Below, piece by piece: positions 30,084 to 40,318 of a stretch of 59,384 nucleotides of DNA (position 1 is its first letter; the number at the start of each line of letters is the position of its first letter). The position numbers were made by a program, and so were the translations under genes. A model generated the notes under the pieces. That model was not told the origin of the DNA. It saw nothing but the letters and a program-made list of their open reading frames with translations, and searched no databases. This DNA comes from Nannocystales bacterium. Lineage in GTDB: Bacteria; Myxococcota_A; Polyangia; Nannocystales; Nannocystaceae. The DNA is taken from contig JBOEGF010000012.1 in NCBI GenBank assembly GCA_050633305.1, positions 1 to 59,384 of the forward strand, in the 5' to 3' direction.

Positions 30084-32504
30084 ATGACCATCGTCCGCCC
30101 CACGCAGAAGATCGACCTCCACGTCCACAGCAAGTACGCGGGTCGATTCAAGCTGTTCGTCCTCAACTCGCTCGAGGTCGAGGAGTGCTACACGGAGCCC
30201 GAAGACCTCTACAAGACCATGATGGATCGCGGGATGAGTCTGGTGACCATCACCGACCATGACGCCATCGACGGTTGCCTCGAGATCGCGCATCACGGCG
30301 ACCACGTCTTCATCTCCGAAGAGGTCTCGGCCCGATTCCCCGAGAACGGCTGCATCGTCCACGTGCTCTGCTACGGCATCACCGAGGCCCAGCACGAGGA
30401 GTTGCAGCGCCTCCGCTACAACATCTACGAGCTGGTCGACTACATCCGCGCCGAGAACATTCTCCACTCGCTCGCGCACCCGTTCTCGCCCGTCAACCAG
30501 CGACTCACGCCCGAGCTGCTCAAGAAGTCCTTCCTGCTGTTCGAGACCGTCGAGGTGATCAACGGGCAGAAGGACTCCGGGCACGAGCGTTTCATGCGGG
30601 AGGTCCTCGACAAGGTCGATCAGTCCGTCCTCGAGCAGTGGAGCAACGAGTTCGACATCCCCGTCGCCCCCGGTCGCCGCTGGAAAACCACGGCAGGGTC
30701 CGACGACCACTCGGGCCACACCATGGCTCGAAGCTTCGTGGAGTTTGAGGGGGACCCGACCTTCGACGCGTTGCGCAAGGCGATCGAGAGCAGCGACATG
30801 CGGGTCGACGGCTTCGAGAAGACCTGCAAGAGCTACGCGCACACCGCCGCGATCGGCACCATCCAGTACTTCCGGCACAGCAACGTCCAGAAGGACACCA
30901 ACAAGCCGGGCGTCTTCCACAAGCTGGTCGACATCATCCAAAACCAGGACCTGCCCGACGACCCCGCAGACCTCCCCCCGGCGCTCCAGCGGCTCATCCC
31001 CGCCGCGATGGAGACGCTGGCAGAGATGGACTCGTTCCCGGACTTCAAGCGGCTGATGGCTGAAGGCCACAAGCCCGAGACCCACGACGAGATCTACTCG
31101 TTGGTCCAGACCGCCCTGCTGCGGGCGTTCCGATCCTCGACCGACTCCATGAAGGAGGCCGTCGAGAAGGTCGACCTCGAGCCGCTGATCGACGAGCTGC
31201 CCACGCTGATCCGGCTCGCGCTGCTCAACATGCCGTACTACTTCGGCATTCGTTTCTTCTACGGCGAGCGACGACGTGCCCGCGGGTTGTACGAGAGTCT
31301 CGAGCTGCCCAAGCCGCTGGGGCAGGGCCAGAAGGTCGCCATCTTGTGCGACACCCTCGACAACGTCGATGGCCTGAGCATCAACCTGCGCCGGTTGGTG
31401 CAGGAGATGCGGGCCGACGGCAAAGAGGTGTTCCTGTGTGGCGCCAAGCCCGACGGGTTCGAGCCATCGGTGGACGAGCATGGAATCGTCCGGCTCCCCA
31501 CCATCGCCAGCTTCCCGATCCTGGGCTACGAGAGCTACCAGCTCGGCTGGCCCAGCACGCTGGAGACGGTCCGGTGGATGGACGAGAACGAGATCGATCT
31601 GATCGTGGCGACCACCCCGGGCCCGGTTGGGTTGGTCGGCATGATGGCCGCGCGCATCCTCGATACGCCGGTCATCGGGCAGTATCACACCAACGTGCCC
31701 GAGTACGCGTTCCGCATCATCGGCGACCGCACGATCGGTCGCATGGTGCAGGCATACACGGCGTGGTTCTACAACCAGATGGGCGAGGTCCTGGCGCCCA
31801 CCTATGCCACGCGTGAGGTCATGGCAGGCAACGGAATCCAGTCCGGCAAGGTCACCATCGTGCCACGCGGGGTCGACTCCCAGCGTTTCACACCCGCCCT
31901 GGCCAAGACGTCGTTCTGGTCCGAGCACGGCCTCACGGGCAAGAACACGCTGGTCTACGTCGGTCGCGTCTCCCTCGAGAAAAACCTGCCGTTCCTGGCC
32001 AAGCTCTTCAAGCACCTGGTCGATGACCATGGCCTGGATGTCGAGCTGGGCATCGTCGGCGAGGGCCCCTACCTCGAGAAGATGAAGGAAGAGCTCGAGG
32101 GCTATCCCGTCGCATTCACCGGCTACCTCAAGGGCGATGCGCTTGCAGCCGCGTACGCGTCTTCGGACATGATGATGTTCCCGTCCACCACCGACACGTT
32201 CGGCAACGTGGTGCTGGAGTCGATGGCCTGCGGGACCCCAGCGTTGGTCTCCGACGTGGGCGGCCCCTCGGAGATCGTGCACCACAACGAGACCGGCATC
32301 GTGCTCCCCGCCGGCCAGCAGCGACGCTGGGCCGATGCGGTGATCCGCCTCGTTGGGGACGAGGAGCGTCTCGAGCGGATGTCGACGCAGTCGCGAACGT
32401 ACGCCGAGAGCTGCACATTCGAGCGTGCACGGCGCAAGACGTGGGAGTTCTACTCCAAGCACATCGAGAGCCATCGCGTTCGCGCTCGCTCCGAAGTGTC
32501 CTGA
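30084..32504 (+). CDS. PHP-domain metallophosphoesterase fused to GT4 glycosyltransferase
   Basis: DLHVHS, ITDHD, LAHP, GSDDH (PHP); YHTN, GRVSLEKN, FPSTTDTFGNVVLES (GT4). Confidence 0.9.
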   Translation: MTIVRPTQKIDLHVHSKYAGRFKLFVLNSLEVEECYTEPEDLYKTMMDRGMSLVTITDHDAIDGCLEIAHHGDHVFISEEVSARFPENGCIVHVLCYGITEAQHEELQRLRYNIYELVDYIRAENILHSLAHPFSPVNQRLTPELLKKSFLLFETVEVINGQKDSGHERFMREVLDKVDQSVLEQWSNEFDIPVAPGRRWKTTAGSDDHSGHTMARSFVEFEGDPTFDALRKAIESSDMRVDGFEKTCKSYAHTAAIGTIQYFRHSNVQKDTNKPGVFHKLVDIIQNQDLPDDPADLPPALQRLIPAAMETLAEMDSFPDFKRLMAEGHKPETHDEIYSLVQTALLRAFRSSTDSMKEAVEKVDLEPLIDELPTLIRLALLNMPYYFGIRFFYGERRRARGLYESLELPKPLGQGQKVAILCDTLDNVDGLSINLRRLVQEMRADGKEVFLCGAKPDGFEPSVDEHGIVRLPTIASFPILGYESYQLGWPSTLETVRWMDENEIDLIVATTPGPVGLVGMMAARILDTPVIGQYHTNVPEYAFRIIGDRTIGRMVQAYTAWFYNQMGEVLAPTYATREVMAGNGIQSGKVTIVPRGVDSQRFTPALAKTSFWSEHGLTGKNTLVYVGRVSLEKNLPFLAKLFKHLVDDHGLDVELGIVGEGPYLEKMKEELEGYPVAFTGYLKGDALAAAYASSDMMMFPSTTDTFGNVVLESMACGTPALVSDVGGPSEIVHHNETGIVLPAGQQRRWADAVIRLVGDEERLERMSTQSRTYAESCTFERARRKTWEFYSKHIESHRVRARSEVS

Positions 32505-32573
32505 GCGAGACCGCTCCCCGCTCGCGTGGGGCCGGGGCGTGATCGTTTCTCTGGCGCCGGGCACTATCGAGGT

Positions 32574-32972
32574 ATGCGATTGAAAGCTTGCCGTGCGTGT
32601 GACCGACCAAAGGCGGTCGGAGACGCCTGTCCCCACTGCAGGGCTCTGTCTGCGCTGCGGCGGGGCGCAGCGCTGTCCGTGGGTCTGCTTGCGGGCTGTG
32701 TCGCGAGCGCGCAGCCGGCGTACGGGGCAGTGGACACCGTGGACTACAGCACCGGCGTGTTCGACGGCACCGACACCGACGCCACCACCACCACCACCTC
32801 CTCCGGTGGCGGGACTGGGTCGGAGTCAACGACGGGGGAGACGTCGAGCGGCTCCGGAAGCTCGTCCTCTTCGGGCTCGAGCGGGTCTGGCTCAAGCTCG
32901 AGCGGGTCGGGCTCCACCGGGACCGGCACGAGCGGTGGGGGGACGACAACAGCCTCGCCGCCCCCGGATTGA
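32574..32972 (+). CDS. Small protein: CxxC/CPHC N-terminus, lipobox-like LLAGC, PAYG motif, Ser/Gly/Thr-rich tail
   Basis: MRLKACRAC...CPHC...LSVGLLAGCVASAQPAYGAV...SSGSGSSSSSGS; fills the gap between the GT and mutA. Confidence 0.7.
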   Translation: MRLKACRACDRPKAVGDACPHCRALSALRRGAALSVGLLAGCVASAQPAYGAVDTVDYSTGVFDGTDTDATTTTTSSGGGTGSESTTGETSSGSGSSSSSGSSGSGSSSSGSGSTGTGTSGGGTTTASPPPD

Positions 32973-33091
32973 GCCCAGGACGGGCCTCTGGAGCCGCCGG
33001 ACCTCGCTGCGCGTTGCGGGCGATGAACGTGCGTTGTGCCTCACGGCGGCCGAGTCCGGAGGTGAGGGGGCCACCGTATGATGCGGGTGCT

Positions 33092-34897
33092 GTGAGCGAG
33101 TCCGTGACGTTCGAAGAGTTCGAGGCGGTGAGCCTCGAGCAATGGCAGGAGAAGGTCGAAGAGACCACGCCGCTGTCCAAGCTTTCGGCCCAGGTCGATG
33201 TGACCGGGCAGGGGGGCTTGAGGACCGCACCTTTGTACGACGCGGGAGAGCGGGTCGGCGGAGGCCGCATGGCGACCGCGGCTTGGAGGGTCGCGCAGGA
33301 GTACCGACACCAGCGCGCCGACATCGCCGCGTCCGCGATCGCGGCCGATCGTGTCTTCGGCTTGGACGCGGCCTGGGTCCGTCTCGCCGCCCCGCTGAGG
33401 GCCCGAGCGGCTGCGGACGGCGCCGGTGTTGCGCTGCTCGAACGGGAACACGCCAACGCTCTGCTCGAGGCGGCGGAGGGGACGGCACTGTGGGTCGACG
33501 CGGGCGCCAACGGGGTGAGCGCGTTGTCGCTGTTGCTGGAGTCGGCGGAGCCCGAGTCGCTTCGCGGAGGTGTCCTCTGCGACCCGATGGGCGCGCTGGC
33601 GGAGTACGCGGGGCTGGGCGTGGACCTGGGCGAAGGCATCGCTCAGGCCGGCCGGGTCGTCGCGCGCGCCGCTGTCGAGGCCCCGCAGCTGCGGGTGTTG
33701 ATGGCCTCAGGGGTTCCGTATCACGACGCGGGTGCATCGCCGTCCGTGGAGGTCGGCGCGACGATCGCCACGCTGATCGACATGACGCGCACGCTGGGCA
33801 AAGGCGGCGCTTCGCCGGAGGCACTGTGGTCTCGGACCGTCCTGAGAGCCACGTCCGACAGTGACGTGTTCGTGTCGATCGCGAAGTTTCGGGCGCTGCG
33901 TTGGTTGGCGGAGCGGGTCGCGGCCCGGTGGGGAACGAGCGCACCGGCCTTCATCGCTGCACGTACATCGTGGCGCGACCGAACCCGTCACGATGCCCGC
34001 GTGAACATGCTGCGCACCACGTCCGAGGTCTTCGCGGCGGCGGCGGGAGGGGCCGACGAAATCGCGGCCCAGCCATTCTCCGAGGCGGTCGGGACCGGCG
34101 ACGACGATGCGCGTCGTTGGGCGCTGACCACCGCGCACATGCTCCGCGAGGAGTCCCACCTCGCCGACGTCAACGATCCCGCGGCGGGCAGTGGGTACGT
34201 CGAGACCCTCACCCGAGGGATCGCCGAACGGGCCTGGGCGTGGGTACAGTCGGTCGAGGCCCAAGGTGGCATGGCAGCGGGGCTGTCGTCCGGCCGGGTC
34301 CAGGCGGACGTGGCCGGGTGCGCTCGAGCCCGCGGCGATGCACTTGCAACGGGTCGGCTCGCGCTGACCGGCGTTTCGATCTTCCCGCAGGTGGAAGAAG
34401 CGGCGCCACCACTGGGGACCGACCCGCAGGAGACGGACGCGAAGCTTCCATCCGCCGCCGCGAGCTTCACCGTGCCACCGATGCCCGCGGCCCGTTTGGC
34501 GGAGCCGTTTGAGGCACTGCGGGCTGCTGCCGAACGCGAGCAGGCGTCGTCGGGACATCGTCCTCGCGCCCAGCTGTACGTCTTGGGCGCGCTCCGAGAG
34601 CATCGGGCACGCCTCGACTTCGCGCGCAACGTCGTGCAAGTCGGTGGATTTGCGACCGAGGTCCTGACCACGACCGACGACGTCGTCCCCTCGCTCGCCG
34701 TCTTGGTGGCATCCGATGACCGCCTTGCCTCCGAGGGAGCCTCGGTGCTCGATGCTTTGCGACGCGCAGGCGCAACGTCGGTGTGGGTCGCCTCCGCGCC
34801 GCGCGACGACCTCGCACCCGATGGATTCTTGCACCTGCGGATGAACCTGCCGGAGACCCTCGCAACGCTTCACGACGCTTTGGAGGTGGGACGATGA
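33092..34897 (+). CDS. mutA: Methylmalonyl-CoA mutase small subunit
   Basis: [53 protein letters not shown] overlap with the large subunit. Start approximate. Confidence 0.88.
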   Translation: MSESVTFEEFEAVSLEQWQEKVEETTPLSKLSAQVDVTGQGGLRTAPLYDAGERVGGGRMATAAWRVAQEYRHQRADIAASAIAADRVFGLDAAWVRLAAPLRARAAADGAGVALLEREHANALLEAAEGTALWVDAGANGVSALSLLLESAEPESLRGGVLCDPMGALAEYAGLGVDLGEGIAQAGRVVARAAVEAPQLRVLMASGVPYHDAGASPSVEVGATIATLIDMTRTLGKGGASPEALWSRTVLRATSDSDVFVSIAKFRALRWLAERVAARWGTSAPAFIAARTSWRDRTRHDARVNMLRTTSEVFAAAAGGADEIAAQPFSEAVGTGDDDARRWALTTAHMLREESHLADVNDPAAGSGYVETLTRGIAERAWAWVQSVEAQGGMAAGLSSGRVQADVAGCARARGDALATGRLALTGVSIFPQVEEAAPPLGTDPQETDAKLPSAAASFTVPPMPAARLAEPFEALRAAAEREQASSGHRPRAQLYVLGALREHRARLDFARNVVQVGGFATEVLTTTDDVVPSLAVLVASDDRLASEGASVLDALRRAGATSVWVASAPRDDLAPDGFLHLRMNLPETLATLHDALEVGR

Positions 34898-37032
34898 GCC
34901 ACGACCAGACCTTTGCTTCTCTGTCCTTCGAGGACTTGATCGCCGAGACACCCCAGCCGAAGGGCGAAGGGGCGTCGTCCTCGACCCCGGAGGGCATCGA
35001 TGTGCAACAACACTACGGCCCGGAGCATCGCGCATCGTCCCCGACCGTAGACTCCAAGCCTGGGTTCGCACCGTACCTGCGCGGTCCGTACCCCACGATG
35101 TATCTGCAGCGGCCGTGGACGATCCGGCAGTACGCTGGGTTCTCCACCGCGGAGGCGAGCAACGCGTTTTATCGACGCAACCTGGAGGCTGGTCAGAAGG
35201 GGCTCTCGATCGCCTTCGATCTCGCGACCCACCGCGGCTACGACTCCGACCACCCGAGGGTGTTGGGCGATGTCGGCATGGCGGGTGTTGCCGTCGATTC
35301 GATTCTCGACATGCGGTTGCTCTTCTCGGGCATTCCGCTCGACCGGATCAGCGTGTCGATGACGATGAACGGCGCGGTGTTGCCGATCCTCGCGCTGTAC
35401 ATCGTCGCGGCCGAAGAGCAGGGCGTTGCGCCAGAACAGCTCTCGGGGACCATCCAGAACGACATCCTCAAGGAGTTCATGGTCCGCAACACGTTCATCT
35501 ATCCGCCGACGCCGTCGATGCGGATCATCGGGGACATCTTCGCCTACACGGCGCAGAACATGCCCCGATTCAACTCGATCAGCGTCTCGGGCTATCACAT
35601 GCAGGAGGCCGGAGCGACGGCCGACATCGAGCTGGCATACACGCTGGCCGATGGTCTCGAGTACGTGCGCTCGGGCATGGCCGCTGGCCTCGACGTCGAC
35701 GCGTTTGCGCCTCGCATTTCGTTCTTCTTCGGCATCGGCATGAACACGTTCATGGAGGTGGCCAAGCTCCGTGCGGCTCGCATTCTGTGGGCAAAGCTCA
35801 TGCGAAGCGTAGGGGCGAAGAAGGCCAAGAGCACAATGCTCCGCACCCACTGCCAGACGTCGGGCTGGAGTCTCGCGGCACAGGACCCCTACAACAACGT
35901 CGCACGCACGTGTGTCGAGGCGCTCGCGGCAACGACCGGTCACACGCAGTCGCTGCACACCAACTCGTTCGACGAGGCGCTGGCGTTGCCGACCGACTTC
36001 AGCGCCCGCATCGCCCGAAACACGCAGATCTTCCTGCAACGCGAAGCAGGGCTGACCCGGGCGATCGACCCGTGGGGCGGGAGCTACTACGTCGAGTGGC
36101 TGACCCAGGCGCTGGCAGACCGGGCGTGGGCCCACATGGAGGAGATCGAGTCGATGGGCGGTATGGCGAAGGCGATCGAAGCCGGCCTGCCCAAGCGACG
36201 CATCGAGGAAGGCGCGGCGCGGACCCAGGCACGCATCGACAGCGGCCGCCAAGCGTTGGTGGGTGTGAACAAGTTCGTCGCTTCGAGTTCGCCCGACGTG
36301 GACGTGCTCGAGATCGACAACTCCGCCGTCCGGGATGCGCAGCTGAAGCGGCTTGCGACGCTCAAGGCCGAACGAAGCCAATCGGAGGTCGACGGGGTGC
36401 TGGCCCGGCTGACCGCGGCTGCCGAAAACCCGGCCGAGAACCTGCTGGCGTTGTGCGTCGAAGCGGCGCGCGCGAAGGCGACGGTCGGCGAGATGTCGGC
36501 GGCCCTGGAGTCCAAGTGGGGTCGCTATGAGCCGCGATCCGAGGCAATCTCAGGGGTGTATCGCGCGGAGCTGCCCCCCGAGGCCGTGGCTCGGGTGACC
36601 GAGAAGGTCGAAGCATTCGAGGCGGACCATGGCCGTCGTCCCCGGATCCTCGTCGCCAAGATGGGCCAGGACGGACATGACCGGGGCGCCAAGGTCATCG
36701 CGACGGGATTTGCCGACGTTGGCTTCGATGTCGACATCGGTCCGCTGTTCCAGACACCGCAGGAGACTGCGCGGCAGGCCGTCGAAAACGACGTGCACGT
36801 GATCGGGGTGAGCTCGCTCGCCGCGGGACACCTGACGTTGGTTCCGGCGCTTCAGGCCGCACTACAGGCCGAGGAACGCGGGGACATTCTCATCGTCGTG
36901 GGAGGAGTCATCCCGCCTCAAGACCAGCCCAAGCTGATCGAGATGGGAGTCGCGGCCGTCTACCCGCCGGGCACGGTCCTGACGGAGGCGGCCTCGGAGA
37001 TGCTCGACAAGCTTCAGGCGAACCTGGCATGA
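34894..37032 (+). CDS. scpA: Methylmalonyl-CoA mutase large (B12-binding) subunit
   Basis: [40 protein letters not shown]. Confidence 0.97.
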   Translation: MSHDQTFASLSFEDLIAETPQPKGEGASSSTPEGIDVQQHYGPEHRASSPTVDSKPGFAPYLRGPYPTMYLQRPWTIRQYAGFSTAEASNAFYRRNLEAGQKGLSIAFDLATHRGYDSDHPRVLGDVGMAGVAVDSILDMRLLFSGIPLDRISVSMTMNGAVLPILALYIVAAEEQGVAPEQLSGTIQNDILKEFMVRNTFIYPPTPSMRIIGDIFAYTAQNMPRFNSISVSGYHMQEAGATADIELAYTLADGLEYVRSGMAAGLDVDAFAPRISFFFGIGMNTFMEVAKLRAARILWAKLMRSVGAKKAKSTMLRTHCQTSGWSLAAQDPYNNVARTCVEALAATTGHTQSLHTNSFDEALALPTDFSARIARNTQIFLQREAGLTRAIDPWGGSYYVEWLTQALADRAWAHMEEIESMGGMAKAIEAGLPKRRIEEGAARTQARIDSGRQALVGVNKFVASSSPDVDVLEIDNSAVRDAQLKRLATLKAERSQSEVDGVLARLTAAAENPAENLLALCVEAARAKATVGEMSAALESKWGRYEPRSEAISGVYRAELPPEAVARVTEKVEAFEADHGRRPRILVAKMGQDGHDRGAKVIATGFADVGFDVDIGPLFQTPQETARQAVENDVHVIGVSSLAAGHLTLVPALQAALQAEERGDILIVVGGVIPPQDQPKLIEMGVAAVYPPGTVLTEAASEMLDKLQANLA

Positions 37033-38012
37033 AGCGCCCCTCGCCGCAGGAGCTGGCCGCGGGAGTGCGGGCTGGGAAGCGGGCGATGATGGGGCGGGCC
37101 ATCACGTTGGTGGAGAGCACGCGCCCCGAGGACCGCACCGACGCGAACGCGCTCCTCGAAGTCCTCGCCCCCCATGCGGGCGACTCGATCCGGATCGGGA
37201 TCACCGGGTCGCCAGGGGTCGGCAAGAGCACGCTCATCGAGACGTTCGGCCGACAGCTCACCGCGGGGGGTCACCGGGTCGCGGTGCTGGCGGTCGACCC
37301 CAGCTCGGGTCGGACCGGGGGAAGCATTCTCGGGGACAAGACCCGCATGACCGAGCTCGCTCGCGACCCCGACGCGTTCATCCGTCCGAGTCCCTCGGGA
37401 GGCACGCTCGGCGGCGTCGCGAGGCGGACGCGCGAGACGATGACAATCTGCGAGGCGGCTGGCTACGACGTCGTACTCGTGGAGACGGTCGGCGTTGGAC
37501 AGTCTGAGGTGATGGTCGCGGGGATGGTCGACATGTTTGTCGTGCTCGTCCTGCCGGGGTCGGGCGACGAGCTGCAGGGCATCAAACGCGGCATTCTCGA
37601 GCTGGCGGACCTGCTGGTGGTGACCAAGTCCGACGGCGAGGGCACGGTCGCCGCGCGCCGAACGTGCCAGCAACACGCCAACGCGCTGCACCTCATCCCT
37701 CCCAAGATCCCGGTATGGACCCCCGCGGCAATGACCTGCTCCGCGCTGACCGGCGAGGGTGTGGACGCGATTTGGGCCCGCGCGGAGTCCTTCCGAAAGA
37801 CGCTGGGCGCCGCAGGGTTCTGGGAAGACCGGCGGCGCGAGCAAGGTGTCCGGTGGATGTGGCGCGCGCTCGAAGACGGCCTTCGCGACGCCGTGCATCG
37901 CGACCCGGCGGTCCGAGCCAAGCTCGTCGCGCTCGAGCCCGAGGTCCGCTCGGGTGCTCGAACGCCAGACGAAGCTGCAGCGGTGTTGCTCGCAGCGTTT
38001 CGGGACGGCTGA
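37029..38012 (+). CDS. meaB: Methylmalonyl-CoA mutase-associated GTPase
   Basis: [43 protein letters not shown]. Confidence 0.96.
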   Translation: MKRPSPQELAAGVRAGKRAMMGRAITLVESTRPEDRTDANALLEVLAPHAGDSIRIGITGSPGVGKSTLIETFGRQLTAGGHRVAVLAVDPSSGRTGGSILGDKTRMTELARDPDAFIRPSPSGGTLGGVARRTRETMTICEAAGYDVVLVETVGVGQSEVMVAGMVDMFVVLVLPGSGDELQGIKRGILELADLLVVTKSDGEGTVAARRTCQQHANALHLIPPKIPVWTPAAMTCSALTGEGVDAIWARAESFRKTLGAAGFWEDRRREQGVRWMWRALEDGLRDAVHRDPAVRAKLVALEPEVRSGARTPDEAAAVLLAAFRDG

Positions 38013-38057
38013 GCCCAAGTTCGTGCGGTTTCATCGCCCCGGACCAAGGGCGGGCGG

Positions 38058-38486
38058 CTAGCTCGAGACAATCTCGAGCCGAGTGGGGCCGGCGGCGTCC
38101 GCGGTTCGCACATGCTGCAACAACGACGCTCCAATCGACTTCGCTCGCTCGGCCCAAGTCTCCGCCGGACCCGGTTCCAGCGTCTCCCCGAGGACAGCTG
38201 AAAAGAGTGTCAGCCACCGCGCAAAGTGGTCAGCACCCAGCCCGCCCACCGCGGCATGAAGGGTCGGCGGGGAGCCGCGTTCGCTGCGCTGGAACTCTCC
38301 GGTACGCAACAACACGCTTCGCCAGAAAGCGTTCATGCGCAACAAATGCGGTGCCCAATCGGCCACGTGTCGGGCGAAGATAGGTCCGAGCATCGAATCG
38401 TGACGCACCCGGCCATAGAACGTGTCGACGACATCGGAGATCGCCTCCGAGGTGATCGCGGAGTGTCGAACTCGTTGCGCCGTCAT
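38058..38486 (-). CDS. Group III truncated haemoglobin
   Basis: VDTFYGRVRHDSMLGPIF, WAPHLLRMNAFW, HFARWLTLF. Confidence 0.92.
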   Translation of the reverse strand: MTAQRVRHSAITSEAISDVVDTFYGRVRHDSMLGPIFARHVADWAPHLLRMNAFWRSVLLRTGEFQRSERGSPPTLHAAVGGLGADHFARWLTLFSAVLGETLEPGPAETWAERAKSIGASLLQHVRTADAAGPTRLEIVSS

Positions 38487-38510
38487 AAAAGCGGTATACT
38501 AGATGCTGGT
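38487..38510. promoter_or_regulatory. Overlapping divergent -10 hexamers and putative Rrf2/NsrR operator
   Basis: 24-nt AT-rich gap AAAAGCGGTATACTAGATGCTGGT; TATACT (+) and TAGTAT (-) overlap; GGTAT-N5-ATGCT resembles an NsrR-type TGCAT-N5-ATGCA core. Confidence 0.5.
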
Positions 38511-39323
38511 ATGAGTGTCTCGCGCCGCCAAGATGCAATCGTTGCGTTCGTGTGCATGATGCTGGCGTGCGGCCCTGGTGAGTCGCAGCCCGATGCCATG
38601 GTCGATCCGACGAATTCGGCTACGGAGGGGGACTCCGAGGCCGGCGAGACGTCTGAGCCCAGTCCCGACCTGGGGACGCCCGAGCCGGAGCTCCGGTGTC
38701 CGACGCCGCGCGGGCACACCGGGTCGCCACAGTCGATCGACGAAGCGGTGGCTCACATCCAGGCGTTGCCCGGTCCTGTGGATGTCCCCTGTGTGCTCGA
38801 GTCCTTTGCACGGCCGCTCTCGCTGTTGGCCTCCTCGAGCCCCTTCAGTGCGCAGCCGGCCCGGGGCGATGCCAACCCGCGGCTGTTCGTGTTTTTCGAC
38901 GGCTTGATCCTCTCGTTTGCGACCACGGGGCACGGGGCGACGCTCGTCGAGTTCGCCGAGTTCGTTGGCCCCACCACAACGATCAAGGGCGAGCTGGAAT
39001 TCCCGCTCGACCCCGATGCGCTCGACACCGCTGCTGTCTTCACGCAGGTGCGCTTCGAAGATGGTGGCTCCAACTGCCGCTTTTGCCATCGCAACGAGGT
39101 CCCCGCCGATCCCGACCTCTATGCGAACGCGTTCGCCTCGGATGCATTGGCGGCTCGCGAAGACACGGTGCTCGACCTGGAGCAGGTTCGGGCCTACGCC
39201 GATCATTGCGATGTTCGGGTGGATCCGATGCGCTGTGCGATCTACGACGCGGTGTTTGATCCCGGAGAGGTCGTCGCGGGTGCGTTCGATCCCGAGATCC
39301 AGACCATCTTCGACTACGACTGA
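38511..39323 (+). CDS. Hypothetical lipoprotein with single CxxCH (putative haem c) motif
   Basis: Lipobox MLAC; SNCRFCHRNE. Confidence 0.7.
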   Translation: MSVSRRQDAIVAFVCMMLACGPGESQPDAMVDPTNSATEGDSEAGETSEPSPDLGTPEPELRCPTPRGHTGSPQSIDEAVAHIQALPGPVDVPCVLESFARPLSLLASSSPFSAQPARGDANPRLFVFFDGLILSFATTGHGATLVEFAEFVGPTTTIKGELEFPLDPDALDTAAVFTQVRFEDGGSNCRFCHRNEVPADPDLYANAFASDALAAREDTVLDLEQVRAYADHCDVRVDPMRCAIYDAVFDPGEVVAGAFDPEIQTIFDYD

Positions 39324-39754
39324 CGTGGCTTACCCGTGAGGCGTAGCAGCGGGGCGCGGCGACGCGCGACGAGGTCCTCGATCGTGTGACGGCGCAGCGT
39401 GTCGAGAAATGCCTGGTTCGCTTCCGCCAAGATGCCGTGAAGCCGACACGAAGGGCTGAGTTTGCAGGCGTCCGCGTCATCGAAGCACTCGACCAGAGCG
39501 AGGGGCTCGAGCGCTTCGACGATATCCGCGACGGTTGATTTTCGGGCGGCCGGCAGCAGCATGAAGCCTCCGGACCGACCTCGCGTGCTGCGGATCAGCT
39601 CCGCGTGAGCGAGTGCTTGGGCGACCTTGGCGAGGTGGTTCGCCGAGACCTCCAGGCGCTGTGCCGCGTCGGCGAGTCCGACGGGAGTTTCGTCGTCCAC
39701 CGCCAACAGCATCAGCAGTCTCAGACCGTAATCGGTGCGACGCGTCAGGTGCAC
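39314..39754 (-). CDS. nsrR: Rrf2-family regulator, NsrR-like
   Basis: TDYGLRLL, NHLAKV, RGRSGG, LVECF...C.....C (three Fe-S Cys); near a truncated Hb. Confidence 0.8.
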   Translation of the reverse strand: MHLTRRTDYGLRLLMLLAVDDETPVGLADAAQRLEVSANHLAKVAQALAHAELIRSTRGRSGGFMLLPAARKSTVADIVEALEPLALVECFDDADACKLSPSCRLHGILAEANQAFLDTLRRHTIEDLVARRRAPLLRLTGKPRQS

Positions 39755-39840
39755 CTGGTCACGGTGACAACGGCCCGAGAGGAACACAAGCCGCGGCGCC
39801 CAGCCGGCAGTCGGGAACCGCGAACCCCCGGGGGGGCGGG

Positions 39841-40119
39841 TTATGCGGCGCGGAGACCCGGACGTGGAGCCGGTTCGCTGCTGGGCTCGAACTCTGGAAG
39901 CGCGACCGCGGTCGCCAGCCCGACCATGGTCAGGCCCAAGCCTTTGAGTTGCACAAGTTTCGCGCGGCGGAGTTGGGCGATGAGCGAAAACGCGCGCTCT
40001 TTCGAGTGGCCTCCGAGGCGCGCCAGCAGGTCCAGCGACACCTTCATGTCGGCGTCACCCAGGTCGAAGATCGCACGAAGGAGGGTCAGGGCGTCGGTTT
40101 CCGGCTTGCTGCTGCTCAT
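39841..40119 (-). CDS. Small hypothetical, winged-helix-like protein
   Basis: LLRAIFDL...VSLDLLARL...LIAQLRRAKLV...LTMVGLA pattern; GAAGG SD-like upstream. Confidence 0.65.
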   Translation of the reverse strand: MSSSKPETDALTLLRAIFDLGDADMKVSLDLLARLGGHSKERAFSLIAQLRRAKLVQLKGLGLTMVGLATAVALPEFEPSSEPAPRPGLRAA

Positions 40120-40159
40120 GTCTGCACCTTCGGACAGCACTGAGTGGATGTCTAATTTT

Positions 40160-40176
40160 CTGCAAAATCGTTCAGG
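40160..40176 (+). promoter_or_regulatory. Myxococcus-type LexA (SOS) box
   Basis: CTGCAAAATCGTTCAGG matches CTRHAMRYBYGTTCAGS at 16/17 positions, 40 nt upstream of the 40119 start. Confidence 0.65.
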
Positions 40177-40318
40177 TGGTCAGATGAACCGGCGGAGCCG
40201 ACGCAGGATCCAGTGTCGGATCTATACCTTCCCCTACAGGTGTACAGAGGTCGGCCCACTTCGGTCCGTTGGCCCCTCACGTCCTACATTTCCCGAGTCG
40301 TGATTCGTCGGCCGGGTC

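Noticed and set aside
30069..32636. Long antisense ORFs (855 aa here; also 3040..4857, 9804..11708, 13517..15256, 55290..57200)
   Set aside because: Shadows of well-supported genes in high-GC DNA; no recognisable motifs.
32973..33091. Cobalamin riboswitch before mutAB
   Set aside because: Gap is short and lacks B12-box features.
39790..39843. GC-rich hairpin as intrinsic terminator
   Set aside because: Imperfect stem and no U-tract.
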